This document shows positions 10,263 to 18,785 of a DNA stretch of 64,000 bases, piece by piece (positions within the stretch are counted from its first letter, which is position 1; every line of letters begins with the position of its first letter). The notes beneath the pieces are model-generated. The model saw only the letters and a list, made by a program, of their open reading frames with translations, searched no databases and was not told the origin of the DNA. The stretch is from the NCBI GenBank assembly GCA_965242965.1, contig OZ251518.1, positions 3,872,001 through 3,936,000 of the forward strand, read 5' to 3'. The stretch comes from Candidatus Poribacteria bacterium (GTDB lineage: Bacteria; Poribacteria; WGA-4E; WGA-3G). The translations under genes and the position numbers were made by a program.

Positions 10263-10428
10263 GGGTTAACACTCCTTCTGTAGAAAAATATCCGCCGCGC
10301 AAAAATATGCGTTGATGGCGATTTTTCCCTTGTCAAGGATACCGGTGGAATCCGGCGATTCCAACCGAGAGAGAGAACCATCAGGAGACAGCTAAGTGTG
10401 TTGATGATGTTTTTAAGCATGGAGACCT

Positions 10429-11940
10429 CTATTCGATTTTTCCGCTGGGCTCTACTGAATAAACTGTTCTACCATCTGTTTCGCTTTTGAAGAGCACAGG
10501 CAAATCAAGTTCCCGGAAGGTGACAATGTACGGGATGCCTCCATGTCTCCGAACCTGTCTACTGAGAGGTTTCCACATATTTTCTGACCTGTAAACGTGT
10601 GCAGGATGAGAAGTTTGAAACATGAGGTAGAGGTGGTCACAATGGTTTCCCACGTTCTTTTGATCAAGTTCTGTGAGGAGCACTGCGTTTTTTGGCAAAG
10701 AGGTCTCTACAAAATTCGCTGTTTCGGCTAGCGTCTTATCGTTGACATTTTTGTTAGTAATCCACCATGCGTCATGGACTTCTAGGAGGAATAAAATCCC
10801 TAACAACACCCGCCAAGTTTTGCGAATCCTACGTCGCCCTTTTGTTTCGTTAGCATATTTTGCTGGGCGCGTCGTTCGCGCAGCAAAGTCGCCAAATATT
10901 AAGAGGAAAGCAGGCATGCCAATAATTGTTGCACTGGGTGTCTTAGTGATGGCGAGCATAAAAGGAATAAGCACGCCGAAACCCCAAGCATACAATAGAC
11001 AGATGCCGAGATGTCTTTTTTCCCATAGATGCCGGAGATTCCAACACACCGCTATGAGCACTGGGAAAGTGAGCATGTTAAAGATATCGGCACTGTAGAG
11101 AAAAATCTTATACCAAGGGGCTCCCCATGTCTCAATATCCTCTATGAGATGTCTAAAAATGTGCCCGTGTTCTATTTTGAACTCAATAGGATACTGAATA
11201 GCGGTATAAAGCATCCAGGGGCCTGCGACGAGTGCTGTCACAGCCAACATCGCTAAGATATGTTGTCCACGAAGATGACAGTCTTCTTTTTCTGCTAACC
11301 CAAGTCGCGGTGCTCCCCAGGCGGCTAGGGCAACGCCTGCGACAATAAACGCGGGATAAGTTTTTGAGAGAAACGCGAGTCCCTGGCCGATGCCCGCCAG
11401 GAAAACGAAACGCCACTGTCCTGTCTTTACCGCACGAACGATGCCGTAAATGCCGAGTTCACAGTAAAACAAGAGGGAGATGTCAATTGCGTCGCTAAAT
11501 TGGTATCCTTGCGTTAAACGCATGATGAACCACGAAAACGCCTGAAACACTGCGGCGATGCACGCGGCTCGGCGCGTCAACAGCTGCATTCCAATCAGAT
11601 AAGTCAACCAAACGGCGAAGGTGCTGAGGATGGCACTAGGGAGCCGGAGCGCGAAAGGCGTAACGCCCAACAGCCAATAAAAGAATGCACTTTGCCATAG
11701 TGGAAGGATAGGTTTATGAAGCCAGATATGGTTCTCACTCCATAAAGCCTCTTTGTAAAAACTGTAGGGGACATCAATAAGTGTCGGCTTCAACGGATGT
11801 TTCAGCAGGTTTTTGGCAACAAGCGCGTGACAGCATTCGTCAATGCTACCAAAACGGCGATGCCCAAGATGGTTGAGTTTCAGGCCAAAGGAGAGCAGCA
11901 ACACGGCGGCAAGGAATAGAAACAGATAGCTTTTTTTCAT
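10429..11940 (-). CDS. ArnT/PMT-like (GT39/GT83) membrane glycosyltransferase
   Basis: DE..HA, HKPILPLW, ALRLPSA and LAFLSK motifs; many transmembrane helices. Confidence 0.82.
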   Translation of the reverse strand: MKKSYLFLFLAAVLLLSFGLKLNHLGHRRFGSIDECCHALVAKNLLKHPLKPTLIDVPYSFYKEALWSENHIWLHKPILPLWQSAFFYWLLGVTPFALRLPSAILSTFAVWLTYLIGMQLLTRRAACIAAVFQAFSWFIMRLTQGYQFSDAIDISLLFYCELGIYGIVRAVKTGQWRFVFLAGIGQGLAFLSKTYPAFIVAGVALAAWGAPRLGLAEKEDCHLRGQHILAMLAVTALVAGPWMLYTAIQYPIEFKIEHGHIFRHLIEDIETWGAPWYKIFLYSADIFNMLTFPVLIAVCWNLRHLWEKRHLGICLLYAWGFGVLIPFMLAITKTPSATIIGMPAFLLIFGDFAARTTRPAKYANETKGRRRIRKTWRVLLGILFLLEVHDAWWITNKNVNDKTLAETANFVETSLPKNAVLLTELDQKNVGNHCDHLYLMFQTSHPAHVYRSENMWKPLSRQVRRHGGIPYIVTFRELDLPVLFKSETDGRTVYSVEPSGKIE

Positions 11941-12027
11941 GCGAATTCACGCAACAGATGTGGTATGGGTACTGGCAAACACGAGCAGCCTACCCTTGTA
12001 GGAGGTTCACAAGGACAACCGTGCTGC

Positions 12028-12070
12028 CTCACAGCTGCAAAAGATTTCACAACTCTCTTGCAGCTGTGAG
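12028..12070. terminator. Strong hairpin between the 12102 gene and the glycosyltransferase
   Basis: CTCACAGCTGCAA / TTGCAGCTGTGAG, a perfect 13-bp inverted repeat. Confidence 0.5.
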
Positions 12071-12101
12071 TGACAGTGTAGCCGAATTGTCGGTGTCAAA
12101 C

Positions 12102-13370
12102 CTATTTCTTCTCAGTTTGACCGCTTTGAAGCCGCGTTTCAATCTGCGATGCAAGTGCCGGATCTGTTTCCTTGAGCCGCTGAAGTCCTTCTTGGGGACC
12201 ATAACGATTCAAAAGGGATATTGCGCGATTGAAACGTTCTGGTGAGAGTTGCTCGCGAAGACCGGTTTCAAGACTCTCGGCGGTTGGCAATGCCAGTTCT
12301 ATCCCGCTAAGCTTTCCGATCTCTTCCAAGGCGGGTGGCTGGAAACCCTCTGGGTCTAGCGATACTTTCATCTCCCCCGGAACAGGTGTCTCGTGGGGGC
12401 TATCCCACGTATGCATCGGCTGTTGACTGGGCGTGACAGGCGGCGGTGGTTCCACTTGGATGGATGCCTGCTCAGACAAAAGCGATGCCTGTGCATCATC
12501 AAGGGAACTGCTGAAGAACTCTTGCAGTGTTAACGAATCATCGGATAAAAGGTCAAGTCCTTGGAAGAGACTTTCGTAGTGATCCTCAACACGTTGCGGA
12601 ATGGTGCGCCAATTTTCAATCACCGACCCATGCGGCGGATTCACTGGGGCCAATGCTTCCTCATAACGTTGAGTGACGACATCCCATTCAGCCGGCGCGT
12701 TTTCTTCCATCCACGACAGCAGCACTTGGATGGGTTCAGTCTGACGGAGGACTTCGTGGCGTTCCGTATTCCACTGAACCATCGCGTGTATCTCTTGGAG
12801 GTATTCCTGCTCCAAGTCGGATAGACCGAATAATTTTTCCTTCAATTCATAGTAACGAACTGCATCTTCTGGACTCTGATAACCTTTGTCGGTCCCTGGA
12901 ATTGCGTTAAGCTGCAAGTGTCCGGCAAGATGGAAGAATTCTGTCCAGTCCGGATCCCCGTCCCCCAGTTCTCTGGCGATAGTATGCAGCTTCGCGTCAG
13001 CAAGGACGGGATCCGTGTCTTTCAATGCGAGGGCCGGTTCAAAAGCATCCACCATGGCCTGATAGGTGAGGCGGCGCGAGTCTGTTTTGCTCCCTGGGTC
13101 CGCTCCTTGTCCCGCCGGTTCGCCTTTCGCCGTAGTGCTCTCAGCCTGCCGGTTTGCCTCAACCACTGGCTGTGCGTTTGGCACCGTGTCGCTGCGGGAG
13201 GTATTGTGTGGATGCGGGTGCGGATGCGAATGTGGCTCTGTTTGGTTATTCCCTAGCACGCCAAAAAAAACAAGCACTATCAGTGTCAGAAAAGCCACGC
13301 CGACAAGTGCCAAAAACGCCAGCGCAAAAAACGTAATCCGGTTTAATTGAATCGACTTCGTCAGTTTCAT
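12102..13370 (-). CDS. Membrane-anchored hypothetical protein with a conserved C-terminal module
   Basis: N-terminal TM helix and His-Pro repeat; C-terminal module shared with 16856-18208. Confidence 0.8.
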   Translation of the reverse strand: MKLTKSIQLNRITFFALAFLALVGVAFLTLIVLVFFGVLGNNQTEPHSHPHPHPHNTSRSDTVPNAQPVVEANRQAESTTAKGEPAGQGADPGSKTDSRRLTYQAMVDAFEPALALKDTDPVLADAKLHTIARELGDGDPDWTEFFHLAGHLQLNAIPGTDKGYQSPEDAVRYYELKEKLFGLSDLEQEYLQEIHAMVQWNTERHEVLRQTEPIQVLLSWMEENAPAEWDVVTQRYEEALAPVNPPHGSVIENWRTIPQRVEDHYESLFQGLDLLSDDSLTLQEFFSSSLDDAQASLLSEQASIQVEPPPPVTPSQQPMHTWDSPHETPVPGEMKVSLDPEGFQPPALEEIGKLSGIELALPTAESLETGLREQLSPERFNRAISLLNRYGPQEGLQRLKETDPALASQIETRLQSGQTEKK

Positions 13371-13523
13371 TGCGTTCTACTCCTCTTGTGTTATCGGTTC
13401 GTCTCGTAGGTTACCTGCTTTGTGAGTGGCCCTCATCTTAAAAGAGAGGCGTGGCTGGCGCGCCGATGCACGCCAGCCCGTCAGAATGAGAAACCATTCT
13501 GAACAAAGGGGTTAGCGTGTCCC

Positions 13524-13874
13524 TCACCAGAATTTGAGTTTCTCGACGAGACTCCCAACATCCCTGAGCGTTTGCGAGAGGCGCTCCGATAGGGAATGTT
13601 CGTGCTCCACCTCGTACGTGTACGAATAGGTTTCCTCGACGGTTACATCTTCAAAGTTCCCGCCCGTTAGAACCATTTGGTACACGCCATCAACACATTT
13701 CCGCTCAAAAGTTCCTTTCCAAAGCCGCTTAACCACCTGCCTCGTGCCACTCGCAGTCACGTACTGCGAATGAGATACAACTGGAGTGGGGATTGAGACG
13801 AACAACAGCCCAACAATAAACATTATTGCAAGGGCGGTTGCAATGCTTGTTAGAAAACTATTAGGTTTCCTCAT
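13524..13874 (-). CDS. Small secreted hypothetical protein
   Basis: AGGAG RBS before MRKPNSF; signal-peptide-like hydrophobic stretch. Confidence 0.65.
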   Translation of the reverse strand: MRKPNSFLTSIATALAIMFIVGLLFVSIPTPVVSHSQYVTASGTRQVVKRLWKGTFERKCVDGVYQMVLTGGNFEDVTVEETYSYTYEVEHEHSLSERLSQTLRDVGSLVEKLKFW

Positions 13875-14341
13875 TATATACTCCTGTTTGTCGCTCCCCA
13901 AAGGGAGCCGGGATTCATTGATGAAGGAGAAAAATCAACGGGCGCAATCAAACAGGAAAGCGGATTGCCCTTCTTGCGCCGCACCCCGCCTTAAGCGGTG
14001 TGCTGTTCGCGCCGAAGGGATGCGCAATATCGGCAGGCGATTCGCCCGGTTCGATCGCGCCACTGCTGGGCGCAACATTGACTCTTCTCCTCTCAATGTG
14101 CAGGAGATGTGTCTAATGATAACACATCCACTGCATGAAATCAACAAATAAACACGAGTGGTATCTCTCCGTTTTTGTTTCCAAACACGGCAGATACTCC
14201 ATAACGGCCTGAGCACCGCTATGCCTGATTTGCCGCCGCTGCGAACGCGCCGTGCCCTCAGTGAGCCACCGACTTAGCGTCTATGACGCAGGACAGCCGG
14301 CGGCGAAAAGGACAGAACTACCCGCCATCGCGCGACAAACA

Positions 14342-14839
14342 TTAACGAACTGGCACCACGCTACAATCGTAGAGCCAGACGCTGATAGACCACACCGATT
14401 CAATCTTTCCTTCAAGCGTCACTGTTTTACCGAGCATGCGGTTCAATTGCGCTGCCGTGAATTCGGTGTTGAGTTCGCACCTCACGGTTTTGTCACCTAA
14501 GGTTATCTCAACGGTATCAGCGACAATCCGCTCGTAATTCGTCACATCTGTCACACGGCCTGTCACTCGGGCCGTCCGGTTGAGATACTTCTGCCGCGCC
14601 TGATTTTTATCACGGCGGACTTCCGAAAAGATAGACAGGGATGACGCATTGATGAGCACTGCCCCATCGGGTGCTTCTCGCGTGATGCGGCAGGAATCAA
14701 TCACATATTCATCGCCGAACGTCATCTCGTCAAGTTCGACAGTTTCGCCGGGGCTCATTGTCGTAACAGTGTCCCAGCATCCGGTGGTGAATGCGATGGC
14801 GAGCAGTAGCATGCCTGTCAAAATGCATTTCATAAGCAT
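14342..14839 (-). CDS. OB-fold (tRNA_anti-like) lipoprotein
   Basis: Lipobox FTTGC; ARQKYLNRTARVTGRV and GKTVTLEG motifs. Confidence 0.7.
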   Translation of the reverse strand: MLMKCILTGMLLLAIAFTTGCWDTVTTMSPGETVELDEMTFGDEYVIDSCRITREAPDGAVLINASSLSIFSEVRRDKNQARQKYLNRTARVTGRVTDVTNYERIVADTVEITLGDKTVRCELNTEFTAAQLNRMLGKTVTLEGKIESVWSISVWLYDCSVVPVR

Positions 14840-15193
14840 TTTCCTTTATTAGGACAGCGGAAAAACTAACCTTGTGCGTTAAGCATCCCTATGCAGCCTC
14901 AGGCCAAGAGGTAATTCTTACATGCCGAGTCGGGTGCCCGATGCGTTGTTTCGTCTCGTGTCGCCTCGCCGAGTTCGTTTTTCGGCTCGCTAGTGCTGAG
15001 CGAATCAGCGTGTCAGCGTCGCGGACACCTCGGAATATCAGAAAACATCTGGCTGAAGCACATTCGGCGTGCGCAACCACAGGCTGAATTTTCCCTTTTC
15101 GATTAAACAACTCTTCAACTAAACAACAATAGTCGTATCTACCCGTTTTGTTGCCAAAAACGGAAGATACCGCGTAGCGGACTGAAGTAGCGG

Positions 15194-15778
15194 CTAGGAC
15201 TTCTTCGTCGGCGGTAAGAAGTCAGGGAGGACCTCGGCAAGCCGCTTCCGTATCTTTGTCTTCCGCGACTTCACCGTGTTCTCCGGAATGCCGAGCATCT
15301 CCCCTATCTCTGCCGACGTGTAACGCTGCCCCCACAACTCAATCACGGCTACATATTTGGGACCCAGTTCCTCAATGATGTCCATCACCGCGTCATCGCT
15401 GAACTCATCCGGCAGGCCCCGGCGCGCTTCCCTGTCAACAGCGGCACGCCGGATGTCTGCGCCGAGTGCCATGGCCTCGTGGTGTTTCTTGGCTGCGCGC
15501 CCGAAATCGGCGCACTTGTTGCGCGCGACTTGCTTGAGCCACTTGTCCACCTTGCGGATAGCGGTGGCATCTTTGCGCACTTGCTTTACCAGCGCGAAGC
15601 AGATATCGCCAAAGACATCGTTTTCATCATCGCGGTTGGTGATGCCTTCGCCGTTGATGATGGCGCGGAGGAGTTTCTCATATTTTTCAATGAGTGCCTC
15701 CATCGCGTCATCATCGCCGTTCTGGATTTGCGCTAGCAAGACTTCGTCTGAGACTTCATTGAGGTTTTGAGTGTCCAT
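15194..15778 (-). CDS. ECF-type RNA polymerase sigma factor
   Basis: SDEVLL..GDDDAMEALIEKY, KWLKQVARNKCAD, and region 4 TSAEIGEMLGIPENTVKSR. Confidence 0.9.
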   Translation of the reverse strand: MDTQNLNEVSDEVLLAQIQNGDDDAMEALIEKYEKLLRAIINGEGITNRDDENDVFGDICFALVKQVRKDATAIRKVDKWLKQVARNKCADFGRAAKKHHEAMALGADIRRAAVDREARRGLPDEFSDDAVMDIIEELGPKYVAVIELWGQRYTSAEIGEMLGIPENTVKSRKTKIRKRLAEVLPDFLPPTKKS

Positions 15779-15785
15779 TTAATCC

Positions 15786-15931
15786 ACAAGACGTAAAAAA
15801 AGACCAAAACGGTCACGAATTTTTCAAAAAAGACCTTTTTTTTGCGAAAAACCGGTCCTTTTTTGCAAAAAATTGCGAAAAAAGTGTGAATATCTATATA
15901 ACAAGACGTAAAAAAAGACCAAAACGGTCAC
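15786..15931 (-). promoter_or_regulatory. Two perfect 31-bp copies of an ECF-type promoter (15786-15816, 15901-15931)
   Basis: GTGACC-17nt-CGTCTTGT on the minus strand, directly upstream of the ECF gene. Confidence 0.6.
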
Positions 15932-16012
15932 TCGGGGTGAAAAAAACGCGTTTTTTTGTAAGGACATGAGTTGATGGCTATATCTGTCCGCTCGCGCAAT
16001 GAAAACTGAACT

Positions 16013-16855
16013 GAGGGTGTTTCATAACTCGTTGAGGTGAGTTGCCGTTCGCGTGTAGAACCTGTTTTAACGCTTTCAACGGTTTGTAAAAAGGGTTTAG
16101 CGAAATGCCGAACGATTCCGTTTCCCCGGTAGGAGAGACCTCCTGGTCTCGATGCCCGTGGTAGGAGAGACCTCCTGGTCTCGCTGCCTGTCAGGTAGGA
16201 GTGCCCTCTGGTCTCGATGTTCCCGTAGCGCGGGGGCCTGTCCCCCGCGATCTCCATCGTCAAGAGATGGCGTTTTAGGTCCTTTAGGTCCTAAATGTCT
16301 ATAGCAGCACGTGTCGTTCCGTTTTCAAGGTCCTTTAGGTCCTTAATAAAACCCGCGCGGCCCTGGCAAAACCTATTAAGGCCCTAAAGGACCTTAGTGT
16401 TCTTCGCGGGCGCGCGTGCTATAGACATTCAGGTCCTACAGACCTGAAGAGAACAAGAGACGTTTTTTCCGTTCTCCTCTCTGTAGTTTGTGATCGCCTG
16501 ATCACAAACAGGTCAGGATCGGGTGCTCCTGACCTACAGGGCCTGGGCGCGCGGACGCTGGCGAGGGACAGGCCCTCGCCCTACGAGGAAGTGCCGTTTT
16601 TTCCCGTAGCGCGGGGGCCTGTCCCCCGCGATCGTTGGATTGCGCGAACGCATGGCGAGGGAAACCCGCTCGCATGCGCGTGGGGCATGCGAGGGCCCAA
16701 GCCCTACGATGAAGGGGGACTTTCTGCCGCCGCGCCCCCGGCAGGTGCGCCGCCCTATTGCATCGAGACCGGGAGGTCTCTCCTACTGGGGAATCGAGAC
16801 CAGGAGGTCTCTCCTACCGGCAGAGGTGAATGTTTAGTGATGAGTGAACCCCCTC
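16013..16855. repeat. Composite REP cluster, possible MITE-like unit
   Basis: Begins GAGGGTGTTTCATAA and ends TGAACCCCCTC; contains at least five REP module types. Confidence 0.8.
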
Positions 16856-18208
16856 CTATTGCCGAATATCTCGCGAAGACCGTTTTCCGGTTAGCACACG
16901 TTCCAACTGTTCAGCAACCTCCGGATCGGCTTTTCGGAGTCGGTGGAGCCCTTCTTCAGCCCCGTAGCGATTCAAGGTGGACATCGCCCGGTTAAGACGC
17001 TCCGGTGAGAACTGTTCGCGAAGGGAAGTTTCAAGACTTTCCTCTGTAGGAAGTTCCTGATGTGCTTGAGCTCCCTGCGTCACCTGTTCCGCAAAGTCTG
17101 TCTCTGAGTTAAGTGCAGGTTCTCTTACCTGTGCCGGCTTATCCTTTTGTGGTGCCTTGAGACGCTCAATAGGCGTATCGGCGGATTCCATCCATGGCGC
17201 ATAGTCAAGAAGACTATCTGGTGAGTTATCCTCCCTCGGTATCTCCGATTCAACCATAGTTGGTGCCGGAGACACTTTGTCTTCTTGTGGGAAAAACGTG
17301 CCAGTCCAGCCTTTCGCACGCAGGGCCTCCTCTAAACCGGGAGGCGGGGTCCAACCTTCCGGCGGTACCCAGTCGGCCGGTGGCAAGGTTACGTTTTCCA
17401 GCATCCGTTCTCGCGTGATTGGCATCGGAGATTCACTCATCGGATTATAATGCTCATCAAGGTAGATAACCTCATAGTTTTCCGGGTGGATGCCTTTATG
17501 CAAGAGATTGAACTTTTGTGCATCATCTAGCACGTCGCCATAAAGTGTGGCCGTCAGCCCATTCTGTTGCAAATAGACGCGTCCCGGCACGAACGGGAGA
17601 AAGATCTCTTTGTCGGGCCCCGTAAACATCCCACCTACGATGCGTGGATTAGCCGCCTTCGCTTGGCTGTACTGCTGGTTTTCCCAGATTTTTCTGTCAA
17701 TGTAAAGGGATTTAAAGGTTGCCCAGTCGGAGGTTGGTGCAATCCCAAAAAGATCGGCAGTCCACTTATCCGGCTCGGTTTCAAGCCGAACCAAATTCCG
17801 CCGGATGTTCATATAGCCAGAATACTCGCCGAAGTTTGCTATGGTAACACCACGATTCAGGAGCATCTCCAACCACGCAGCAGGCGGGTATTTCTCATCA
17901 ACTTCGGCATCGGGTTTCATCAGATTACCAAAGGCTTTGAGGAGTGCCTCTACGGTTTGTGGTCCCTGATACTTCTGGGTCTGTTGAATCCTAATAGCGG
18001 CAGGGCGCTGCCCGGGGGACGGATGTCGAAATCCACCTTTTGCTGGTTCAGAACCAGTGCTTATAGGTGGATGCTGCTTTCCGAGACGTTGTTGAATAGG
18101 ACTATCCGTTGTTTGTGAAGACTGTTGATATGCCCTGAGTCCATAAAAGGCACTCACTGAAACAACCAACAAACAGAGAATAGCAAAGATGGCTTTTTTC
18201 AAATTCAT
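16856..18208 (-). CDS. Exported hypothetical protein with a conserved C-terminal module
   Basis: N-terminal signal/TM segment; C-terminus LPTEESLETSLREQFSPERLNRAMSTLNRYG. Confidence 0.8.
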   Translation of the reverse strand: MNLKKAIFAILCLLVVSVSAFYGLRAYQQSSQTTDSPIQQRLGKQHPPISTGSEPAKGGFRHPSPGQRPAAIRIQQTQKYQGPQTVEALLKAFGNLMKPDAEVDEKYPPAAWLEMLLNRGVTIANFGEYSGYMNIRRNLVRLETEPDKWTADLFGIAPTSDWATFKSLYIDRKIWENQQYSQAKAANPRIVGGMFTGPDKEIFLPFVPGRVYLQQNGLTATLYGDVLDDAQKFNLLHKGIHPENYEVIYLDEHYNPMSESPMPITRERMLENVTLPPADWVPPEGWTPPPGLEEALRAKGWTGTFFPQEDKVSPAPTMVESEIPREDNSPDSLLDYAPWMESADTPIERLKAPQKDKPAQVREPALNSETDFAEQVTQGAQAHQELPTEESLETSLREQFSPERLNRAMSTLNRYGAEEGLHRLRKADPEVAEQLERVLTGKRSSRDIRQ

Positions 18209-18299
18209 TTTCTATCCTCAGCATGTAGATACGATTTGTTGCAATTCTACGCGAATTTCGTTAAACATGCAAATTTTTTGGCTGCGCTGGCCATCGGCA

Positions 18300-18712
18300 A
18301 GAGGGCGTTTTAGGTCCTACGGACCTGAAAAGAACAAGAGACGTTTTTTCGTTCTCCTCTCTGTAGTTTGTGATCGCCCGATCACAAACAGGTCAGGATT
18401 AGGCGATCCTGACCTACAGGGCCTGGCGCGAAAACGATGGCGAGGGACAGGCCCTCGCCCTACGTGAGGGGAGGCGTTTTTTTCCCGTAGCGCGGGGGCC
18501 TGTCCCCCGCGATCTCCATCGTCAAGCGGAGCGTTTTAGGTCCTTCTCTCCTCTCTGTAGTTTGTGATCGCCTGATCACAACCGGGTCAAGAGCACTTGG
18601 CATAGATGCCAGAGCTTCAGACGATCTTGCCCTACAGGACCTGGCGCGCGGACGATGGCGAGGGAAACCCTCTCGCATGCGCGTGTGGCATGCGAGGGCC
18701 CAAGCCCTACGG
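18300..18712. repeat. Composite REP cluster
   Basis: Shares long blocks with 16430-16710. Confidence 0.85.
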
Positions 18713-18726
18713 TGACGTGCCGTATG

Positions 18727-18755
18727 TTGACATATCGCGTAACCTATGTTATACT
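18727..18755 (+). promoter_or_regulatory. Sigma70 promoter
   Basis: TTGACA-17-TATACT. Confidence 0.75.
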
Positions 18756-18785
18756 CTGATAATGATTCAAATGGAGAAATCGCTG

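Noticed and set aside
18606-18785. Long N-terminal extensions in the ORF track (M14 peptidase, mnmA, enolase, permease, isomerase, DUF1828)
   Set aside because: They run through REPs or promoters; better RBS-linked starts lie downstream.
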